Source: Okeania sp. (GTDB lineage: Bacteria > Cyanobacteriota > Cyanobacteriia > Cyanobacteriales > Microcoleaceae). From it: a stretch of 12,147 bases of DNA. The stretch is taken from the NCBI RefSeq assembly GCF_035285525.1, contig NZ_JAYKGW010000040.1:1-12147 (forward strand), given 5' to 3'. The notes under the pieces were generated by a model that ran no database searches, was not told where the DNA came from, and worked only from the letters and a program-made list of their open reading frames with translations. Of the stretch, positions 6,220 to 12,110 are shown piece by piece (positions within the stretch are counted from its first letter, which is position 1; each line of letters opens with the position of its first letter). Position numbers and translations under genes: made by a program.

Positions 6220-6921
6220 CTAATCAATCCCGTCGGAAGTAACAACGCTTCCGTCGGGCATGATAGTTTGCCTGTAGTATTCGAGAATCAGAACAGAACT
6301 TGCTCCGCGAAAGTCAGCAAATTCAGCATAATTATCATAACCGTCACAGTCTTCAAACCGTACATTTTGAAAGCAGGTATAGTCAAAGCCACTTCCGCAA
6401 ATTTTCGTTCTTACGAAGATAGCCTCTGTGAAATTACATTGCTCAAAAACGCATCTATCAATCTTTGCCCCACAGAGGTTTACTCGTTCTAGGTTCGCTC
6501 TATCAAAGCCACAATAAAACAACACGGTTCCTTCTAGATTGACATTTACCAGACAAGCCATATCAAAAAAGCTCTCCAAAATATTGGCTTCTTGAAGGTC
6601 TGATCCGTTGAGATTAGCGTCAGATAGACGGCAATCATATAATTCAGCACCCCTGAGATTTGCCCCCTTGAGGTTAGCGTCAGATAGCTCGCAGTTCCAC
6701 AATTCAGTACCTCTGAGATTAGCACCTTCAAGATTAGCATCATCTAATACAGCAAACTTGAGTTTAGAACCACTAAAATTGATTCCCGGAAGGTGTGCCC
6801 CTTTTAGTTGGAGACCTTCCGAACGGTGTTCCCCTTGCAACTCCAGCCCAGAAAAATCTCTTTCACCTGCTGCATATCGCTCCAGTAATTTTTTAGTTGT
6901 TATCTGCATTATGCGTGTCAT
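6220..6921 (-). CDS. Pentapeptide-repeat protein (PRP3), convergent with the orphan nuclease fragment.
   Basis: TKKLLERYAAGERDFSGLELQG is followed by GANLRGTELWNCELSDANLKGANLRGAELYDCRLSDANLNGSDLQEANI..., with a TIMPDGSVV tail. GGAGAG lies 6 nt upstream of the ATG at 6921 (minus sense: taggagagtaactATG). Confidence 0.9.
   Translation of the reverse strand: MTRIMQITTKKLLERYAAGERDFSGLELQGEHRSEGLQLKGAHLPGINFSGSKLKFAVLDDANLEGANLRGTELWNCELSDANLKGANLRGAELYDCRLSDANLNGSDLQEANILESFFDMACLVNVNLEGTVLFYCGFDRANLERVNLCGAKIDRCVFEQCNFTEAIFVRTKICGSGFDYTCFQNVRFEDCDGYDNYAEFADFRGASSVLILEYYRQTIMPDGSVVTSDGID
6608..6727. repeat. Intragenic tandem duplication, 2 x 60 bp, inside PRP3, equal to 20 aa (four pentapeptides).
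   Basis: Copy 1 (6608-6667) and copy 2 (6668-6727) match at 46 of 60 positions by my hand alignment. They encode GANLRGAELYDCRLSDANLN and GANLRGTELWNCELSDANLK. Confidence 0.85.
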
Positions 6922-7006
6922 AGTTACTCTCCTAAATTTAGATTAGATCGTCATCTTCAGTATATCCAATTCTTCCTAATCTGATGATTTTGATAACCCT
7001 GCTGTA

Positions 7007-7744
7007 GTGCTTAACAGTGGTAATGTGGGAATCATCCAAGACCCATTAGGTGAGAATCCTGAGTTGGTGGCAGCGACTCGACCACTTCCAGACCATTTAA
7101 CTCACGATTTGGTGTTGAGTAATGATGATAAGTATTTGTATGTTTCTAATCCCCATTTGAGTGGTAGCGGTGATGTGCTGATTTTTGATGTGGAGGAGAT
7201 AATCGAGACGTTGTTATCCCCAGGGGATTATGAGATTGATGTTTTAGACCGGGGTGTGGGTTCTCCATTTTTTGATGAGAGTACGGCACGGATGGTGACG
7301 GAGAATGATTTTGAGTTTGTGCCCATTGATGATATTAATCCGGATATTAGTATAGCTGCTGATTTTGAGATTCTGCAAGAGGACAGGCCGCGTAATCAGT
7401 TTGTGTTTGGAGTGCCCGATGATACGACCAGGGGTCCGGTGGCGATTGGAGGGAATCCACGAGGGATTGCGATTACTGGTGGTGATTGGTTGGATTTGAC
7501 AGGGCCAACATCTACAACTGAAGACCTCTTACCAGAGTTTAAATGGGAGTTTGAGTATCCTGATGAAATTGAAGAGATCAACCTATTTGTGAGCGTGTTT
7601 GAGCAAAATGAGGGTTTACTGCCATGGGATAATTTTGTGGATTTATCCGGTCCTAATGGCAACCCATTTCTCGCAGACCAGGGACTGATAAGGAAGGCAG
7701 AAGGAAAAGAAAGGTTCTTTGGGATAAGGTTTTTTTATAACTGA
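7007..7744 (+). pseudogene. Isolated internal fragment of a YVTN/LVIVD-like beta-propeller protein, paralogous to the region at the window start. It lacks a native start and ends in an apparently unrelated tail.
   Basis: The frame opens immediately after a TAG (7004-7006), with only a GTG as start. It contains DDKYLYVSNPHLSGSGDVLIFDV and VAIGGNPRGIAITGGD (compare EYVFTA.AGADSLSVVDASNP and DRPESLAITGDS at 3..242), followed by an Fn3-like start (LPEFKWEFEYPDEIEEINLFVSV). The last ~20 aa (GLIRKAEGKERFFGIRFFYN) are low complexity. By my hand counts, GC is like that of the large gene (~48 percent). Confidence 0.5.
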
Positions 7745-7754
7745 TTATCCGGAC

Positions 7755-7768
7755 ATGATATATATCAT
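7755..7768. repeat. Perfect 14-bp AT-rich palindrome with partially complementary flanks.
   Basis: ATGATATATATCAT is its own reverse complement. The flanks CCGGAC and ATCTGG (7749-7774) extend the pairing imperfectly. It lies 11 nt after the stop of the 7007..7744 fragment. Confidence 0.9.
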
Positions 7769-7815
7769 ATCTGGTTCTCCTTGTTTCTTAAAGAGGGAAA
7801 GTTTGTAGTTGGTAG

Positions 7816-7847
7816 AGGGTTTGGAGACTAAACTCCTACAGTTTTTT
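7816..7847 (+). terminator. Intrinsic-terminator-like hairpin plus T6 within repeat copy 1.
   Basis: AGGGTTTGG, loop AGA, CTAAACTCCT form 9 pairs (including one G:U) with one bulged T, followed by ACAG and TTTTTT (7842-7847). Confidence 0.4.
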
Positions 7848-7895
7848 CACGAATGATTTCTTGTTTCTTAAAGAGGGAAAGTTTGTAGTTGGTAG

Positions 7896-7928
7896 AGGGT
7901 TTGGAGACCAAATCCCTACAATTTTTTT
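7896..7928 (+). terminator. Intrinsic-terminator-like hairpin plus T7 within repeat copy 2.
   Basis: AGGGTTTGG, loop AGA, CCAAATCCCT form 9 Watson-Crick pairs with one bulged T, followed by ACAA and TTTTTTT (7922-7928). It sits where the plus-strand fragment and minus-strand trmH converge. Confidence 0.45.
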
Positions 7929-8647
7929 CACGAATGATTTATTCTTTTTTTCTTCCTTCTTTCTTCTTCCTTCAAGAAGAAAAATTTCTTCTCAATAAGT
8001 TCTCCTGCTTTAATAGATTTGCGCAACCAATCTAATTCTAAATCTAATTTTTCTGCTTCAGTTAATTCCCAATTATGATGTTCTTTTTTGAGGCGGTTAA
8101 TTACATCATATAAACATAGAGCAACACTAACAGAAATATTAAAACTTTCGCTAAATCCCATCATGGGAATTTTTACTAATACATCTGCATAGTTTTGAGC
8201 ATATTCTGATAAACCACTAATTTCTGAACCAAACATTAATGCTACTTTTTTGTTGACAGATAATTGTTCAATAGTTATCTCTTCTTGATAGAGAGTTGTT
8301 GCTGCGATTGTATAACCTTGACTTTTTAATTTATGCAAACATTCATCTGTATTATTTATGCCTTGTTGATTATAACGATGTAATGTTAGCCAACGATCTG
8401 AACCAATGGTTACACCATGAGTAACTGTAAAAATATTTTTATTCTCTACAATATGCACATCTTGTACACCAAAACTATCACAACTTCTGAGGACGGCACT
8501 AGCATTGTGGGGTTGATAAATATCTTCTAAAATAACAGTAATGTAGCGGGTTCGTTGCTGTAAAACTGATAAAATTTTTTGCCGACGGGCGACACTGGCA
8601 AAGTTACTTAAGTAAGTAATTAATTCTTGTTTTTCTTGTAGTTTCAT
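7928..8647 (-). CDS. trmH: tRNA (guanosine-2'-O)-methyltransferase, SpoU/TrmH family.
   Basis: All three SpoU motifs are present: LEDIYQPHNASAVLRSCDSFGV (compare E. coli TrmH KPHNVSAIIRTADAVGV), ALMFGSEISGLS, and IPMMGFSESFNISVSVALCLYD. The size (239 aa) fits TrmH, with a K/E/R-rich C-terminal tail. Confidence 0.85.
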   Translation of the reverse strand: MKLQEKQELITYLSNFASVARRQKILSVLQQRTRYITVILEDIYQPHNASAVLRSCDSFGVQDVHIVENKNIFTVTHGVTIGSDRWLTLHRYNQQGINNTDECLHKLKSQGYTIAATTLYQEEITIEQLSVNKKVALMFGSEISGLSEYAQNYADVLVKIPMMGFSESFNISVSVALCLYDVINRLKKEHHNWELTEAEKLDLELDWLRKSIKAGELIEKKFFFLKEEERRKKKRINHS

Positions 8648-8702
8648 GCACCATTAATATTAACTAGGGTTTGCGCTCAAAAGTCATTTTGTTAGGGGAG
8701 AG

Positions 8703-8729
8703 AGTAGGGAGTAGGGAGTAGGAAGTAGC
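8703..8729. repeat. STRR-like tandem heptamer repeat, (AGTAGGG)n, about 3.8 copies.
   Basis: AGTAGGG AGTAGGG AGTAGGA AGTAGC, read directly from the sequence. Heptameric short tandem repeats are characteristic of heterocystous cyanobacteria. Confidence 0.8.
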
Positions 8730-9242
8730 TAATAATTAGGATTTAGGGTAGTTGTAAAAGAGGTTCTCATTTATAATTGCCCCTTAGTTTTTCTGTCATA
8801 ATTCCCCGTTTAGGTTAATTTTTTCTTTTCGGCTTTATTAACCGAAAATTTGGTACTTTTTTAGTACCTAAAATTCTTCAAACCTTTATTTTATTTATAA
8901 ATTATTTAATATTTTATCGGTAAGCTCTAACTATACAGCGATGCGTCCTAGGGAACAGGGAACAGTACCCTAAGAAAGGAAGAAAGGGTTTCAGTATTTA
9001 AAATGTCCGCGCCCTTTGCTGCAACTGCTATTTAGCATATCAGCAATAATAAATATAGATTAAAAATCAGGAAAAAGCTAAATTTATAGCACTATAAACA
9101 AACTGTTAGGAAATTGATGAAAATGATAATAATTGACTTCAATATTTGCAGTTTATAGCTTCATCATATTGATCTAATCTAATAAATGAATATTTAAAAT
9201 TATAGCAATCATATTTCATTTGTGAGAGTTTAGTGGTAATTT

Positions 9243-9270
9243 AGGAGTTAGAATTCAGGAGCTAGAAGTC
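9243..9270. repeat. 2 x 14-bp tandem repeat in the long intergenic region.
   Basis: AGGAGTTAGAATTC and AGGAGCTAGAAGTC match at 12 of 14 positions. Confidence 0.7.
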
Positions 9271-9405
9271 AAAATATGAAATGTTTTTGATTGATATTAA
9301 TCGTTCTTAAATATCTCATAAGTCATTTTTGATTGCTATATTATTACTGATGATTTTTGAGTTGAAGTTGTTCTTCTTTGTTTGTTTTCATTGAGAAAAA
9401 TATTT

Positions 9406-10152
9406 TCATTTTTTCATTAATTTTCTCCTGGCTTTATAAGGCTTTACCAGTTCCTCTAAGGGGACTTTTCTGGTTTGGTTATTCTTCACATTCACCTGAT
9501 AAATAATATTATTATCAACATCTAATCCTGTTAGCCAACCACTTCGAGGATGATATGCACTGGTATCAATATCTAGCCAACCTTCTCCAGAAACTAATTC
9601 ACCAGGTTCAACATCATCGAAAGTAAAAGTTATAGTGTGACCTACAATAATCAATTTATCAGAAAAGTAGGGTTTTTCCATAGAATGAAATTGATCGCGA
9701 ATCCAACAATATTCCTGGGAAGCTTGCATTTTAATAGGTAGTTTGGGATTAATCCCGGCATGAACTAACCAAATATCTCCTAAGTCTAGATATAGAGGTA
9801 GAGATTGCATCCATTCTAAATCATCATAAGGCATAATTCCTGTATCTCGATAACTTTCCACAGTTTCGAGGCCACCACTGTGATACCAACCTTGCCATAC
9901 TTCATGCTTATTATGTTTATTTCCTGTATTTGAGAGAGCTTGAATCATCATGTGTTCATGGTTCCCTAAAATACACTGATAAGGGCTTTTTCTGACAAAT
10001 TCTACCACTTGAGAACTTTTCGGACCTCTATCAATTAAGTCTCCTAAAAAATATACCATATCGTCTTTGCCAGGAGCTATCGCTTCTAACAAAGTGATTA
10101 AGGCATCATAATGCCCATGTATATCTCCAATGATAATACGTCTATTCTTCAT
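9406..10152 (-). CDS. Metallophosphoesterase, PPP-family serine/threonine phosphatase or ApaH-like.
   Basis: Canonical PPP motifs appear in order: IIGDIHGHYD, YFLGDLIDRGPKS, LGNHEHMM, then LVHAG and VGHT further on. Confidence 0.85.
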   Translation of the reverse strand: MKNRRIIIGDIHGHYDALITLLEAIAPGKDDMVYFLGDLIDRGPKSSQVVEFVRKSPYQCILGNHEHMMIQALSNTGNKHNKHEVWQGWYHSGGLETVESYRDTGIMPYDDLEWMQSLPLYLDLGDIWLVHAGINPKLPIKMQASQEYCWIRDQFHSMEKPYFSDKLIIVGHTITFTFDDVEPGELVSGEGWLDIDTSAYHPRSGWLTGLDVDNNIIYQVNVKNNQTRKVPLEELVKPYKARRKLMKK

Positions 10153-10321
10153 TTTTGTTACTGATAATTTCTACTATCGCACTTTAATTTTCCTGTTTAT
10201 TAAGGTAGACAAAATTACAAATTTTAGCAGAGTTAAAATTTAATCAAGTTTTAGTTACCAAACTTTAATTAAAGTACCTAATATTCAACTAAACTATTAC
10301 ATTTTACCATATAGTTTTTCA

Positions 10322-10346
10322 GGGTATTTTCCGACTCAAAATACCC
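10322..10346 (-). terminator. Perfect 9-bp stem-loop just downstream of the DUF1995-like gene.
   Basis: GGGTATTTT (10322-10330), loop CCGACTC, AAAATACCC (10338-10346). It lies 27 nt past the stop at 10373 in minus sense. There is no clear U-tract in minus sense, so the call is tentative. Confidence 0.4.
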
Positions 10347-10372
10347 TCTAAACTTTCAATCTATCTGAAAAC

Positions 10373-11134
10373 TTAGTTACTTAAAGCACGCAAAAACTTT
10401 TGAATTTCTGTTAATAATCTTTTCCGTTTTGGCGGAGCAGTTAATGTCTCAGAGGACGAAGTAGAGTTATCTGCATTAGTTGCACCAGTAGCTTCAGCTA
10501 AAATTATATCTACTTCATCTCCGAGTGGTTTCTGTGGTCTTTCTGCAATTAATTTATACTGGCCATTTTCTAAGAGCAAAATTTGCCAGGGGGAAGGATA
10601 ACAACGATATAATGCTGCCTCACCTAGAGACCTGATGTAATAGCAAGATTCAATAGTTTTGATAAATCTTTCCCTAACTTGACGTGCGGCATAACCAATT
10701 CCCACAATAGATACATCCTCTAATTTAGGGATCAACATAATAACTGGGCGATCGCCAGCCAGATTAGACAATTTTTCAGCTTGGGCCACTTCTACAGCAG
10801 AAGGAGCTATTAATAAAAAACATTGGTCTTCGGGTTGAACTTTTTGGTCAACTGGAGACCTACTTGTGCCAATATCTTCTATTTTAAATGTGGCATCTTG
10901 CCAATCTCGTCTGGCTAAAGCTGCTGCTCCAGTGTCAGGAAAAAAGACTTTAAGCTGAGTACCTATTTCTAGTAAAGCAGGAATAAATTGTTTTGCCAAA
11001 GATTGAGCTTGAAGTTCGATATCTGGAACAATTATTTCAATTTGGAGTCTTTTATGACCATCTTGAAGAGCTGCTTTTGTAGCCTCCATTGCCTGGGCGA
11101 TCGCTTCGTTTATATCATTGGGTAATTTAGTCAT
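10373..11134 (-). CDS. Conserved cyanobacterial/plastid-lineage hypothetical protein, probably DUF1995 family.
   Basis: The 253-aa ORF has an N-terminus LPNDINEAIAQAMEATKAALQDGHKRLQIEIIVPDI that resembles DUF1995 proteins as I remember them. It contains two HIP1 sites. The family assignment is from memory and has not been searched. Confidence 0.6.
   Translation of the reverse strand: MTKLPNDINEAIAQAMEATKAALQDGHKRLQIEIIVPDIELQAQSLAKQFIPALLEIGTQLKVFFPDTGAAALARRDWQDATFKIEDIGTSRSPVDQKVQPEDQCFLLIAPSAVEVAQAEKLSNLAGDRPVIMLIPKLEDVSIVGIGYAARQVRERFIKTIESCYYIRSLGEAALYRCYPSPWQILLLENGQYKLIAERPQKPLGDEVDIILAEATGATNADNSTSSSETLTAPPKRKRLLTEIQKFLRALSN
10748..10755. repeat. HIP1 (highly iterated palindrome) octamer GCGATCGC.
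   Basis: Exact GCGATCGC read in the sequence. Confidence 0.95.
11097..11104. repeat. HIP1 octamer GCGATCGC.
   Basis: Exact GCGATCGC read in the sequence. Confidence 0.95.
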
Positions 11135-11165
11135 CTATCTTAATATTTACTAAAATATATTGTGA

Positions 11166-11193
11166 TTGACAGAAGATTAAAAAAAAATATCTT
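11166..11193 (+). promoter_or_regulatory. Candidate sigma70-type promoter for the 11244 ORF.
   Basis: TTGACA (11166-11171), a 16-nt A-rich spacer, then TATCTT (11188-11193), about 50 nt upstream of the ATG. This is a pattern match only. Confidence 0.3.
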
Positions 11194-11243
11194 CGTTAGT
11201 TTTCATAACCATAACTAAGTATATAGTTAAACTGGGAAAAAAT

Positions 11244-12110
11244 ATGACACAAAATCATCCTTTTGAAAAATCAACTGAGGAACTAAAAGAATATTTACAA
11301 ATTAGTCAAGTTGAAGGAAATTATGCAGTTAATAACTCCATGGAACCTGTAACTACTCTGGCAATAGGAGAAGAAGGTGGAAATGGTTTTACAACTGAGG
11401 TATTAGGAGAAGCAGGTGGTGCAACTACTTTAGCATTAGGAGAAGAAGGTGGCGATTTTCCTGATGCAACTACTTTAGCAATAGGGGAAGAAGGTGGAGA
11501 TGGTATGACAACTGAGGCATTGGGAGAGGAGGGTGGTGCAACTACTCTGGCAATAGGGGAAGAAGGTGGAGGTTTCAATGAAGAGATTTATCTGGAATTT
11601 TATCCTGAGGTTAATGTTGCTATCAATAGAGGAGAATTAAGTTCTGGTTGGGAACATTACCTTCAGTTTGGAGTATTTGAAGCTGAACGGATAGGATTTT
11701 TTACAGGTACTAATAGTAATGATATTATTACTGCTTTTGGCAACAATAACAGAATTATTGGTGTTAATACTCTAGGATATGATTTGGTAAATGATGAAAT
11801 AATTCCTAATAGTTTTGGTGTGGGAGAAATTGATGTATTAATTGGTAGTTTTGGAGTAGGAACAACAGACAAATTCATACTGGGTTTTTCTCAAGAATCG
11901 CCTTTTTATGTTGGGTTGGGAAGTTTCGATTTTGCTTTAATTAAAAACTTTGAAGTCGATTTCGACGAAATTCAATTATCAGGAAATTTAGATGATTATA
12001 GTCTGGAAATTATTAATAACTCGGTGAATATATCTATCCAATCGGGAGATTTAATTGCGATTATAGAAAACTTACCATCTCTAGATAATTTGAGGATTAA
12101 TTTTGTTTAG
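11244..12110 (+). CDS. Repeat protein: N-terminal 6 x TT-x4-EE-GG motif array followed by a degenerate RTX-like C-terminal module of the kind seen in cyanobacterial Ca-binding proteins.
   Basis: ATG-initiated 288-aa ORF. Residues 37-109 read TTLAIGEEGGNGF TTEVLGEAGGA TTLALGEEGGDFPDA TTLAIGEEGGDGM TTEALGEEGGA TTLAIGEEGG. Then comes YLEFYPEVNVAINRGELSSGWEHYLQFGVFEAER. The C-terminal part has GTNSNDIITAFGNNNRIIGV, GEIDVLIGSFGVGTTDKFILG and FDEIQLSGNLDDYSL, typical of cyanobacterial hemolysin-type Ca-binding-like proteins. Confidence 0.8.
   Translation: MTQNHPFEKSTEELKEYLQISQVEGNYAVNNSMEPVTTLAIGEEGGNGFTTEVLGEAGGATTLALGEEGGDFPDATTLAIGEEGGDGMTTEALGEEGGATTLAIGEEGGGFNEEIYLEFYPEVNVAINRGELSSGWEHYLQFGVFEAERIGFFTGTNSNDIITAFGNNNRIIGVNTLGYDLVNDEIIPNSFGVGEIDVLIGSFGVGTTDKFILGFSQESPFYVGLGSFDFALIKNFEVDFDEIQLSGNLDDYSLEIINNSVNISIQSGDLIAIIENLPSLDNLRINFV
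11352..11570 (+). repeat. Imperfect tandem nucleotide repeats (33-45 nt units) encoding the TT-x4-EE-GG motifs.
   Basis: The recurrent block is actact(c/t)t(g/a)gca(a/t)tagg(a/g)gaagaaggtgg. Coordinates were derived from codons 37-109 of the ORF. Confidence 0.85.

Larger units (their letters stand above)
7780..7940. repeat. Tandem direct duplication of 80 and 81 bp that spans the 3' end of trmH.
   Basis: Copy 1 (7780-7859) and copy 2 (7860-7940) differ by 4 substitutions and one extra T. Both end in tcacgaatgattt, which in copy 2 is the stop plus the last four codons (INHS*) of the minus-strand trmH ORF. Confidence 0.95.

Noticed and set aside
6268-6946. ORFs 6268..6492 (+), 6608..6946 (+) and 6546..6743 (-) overlapping PRP3.
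   Set aside because: They are shadow or alternative-frame ORFs generated by the 60-bp periodic repeat. The PRP3 frame has the family motifs, an ATG and a GGAG-type ribosome-binding site.
6940-6982. A 7-bp inverted repeat, AGATTAG and CTAATCT, upstream of PRP3 as a possible operator.
   Set aside because: It is too short and AT-rich to distinguish from chance.
7396-7662. Minus-strand 88-aa ORF.
   Set aside because: It is antisense to the beta-propeller fragment and has no features of its own.
7780-7940. Possible CRISPR array or attachment-site duplication.
   Set aside because: There are only two directly abutting 80-bp copies with no spacers, and no cas genes or integrase in the window. I therefore treat it as a simple tandem duplication.
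7942-7973. A 32-nt pure polypyrimidine, near-mirror tract (ttctttttttcttccttctttcttcttccttc), as a potential H-DNA or regulatory element.
   Set aside because: It lies inside trmH and simply encodes the K/E/R-rich C-terminal tail (KEEERRKKK). Nothing points to a separate function.
11321-11878. Minus-strand ORFs 11321..11578 (PPSSP-rich) and 11663..11878.
   Set aside because: They are reverse-complement echoes of the GEEGG repeat array and of the AT-rich C-terminal domain of the 11244..12110 ORF.
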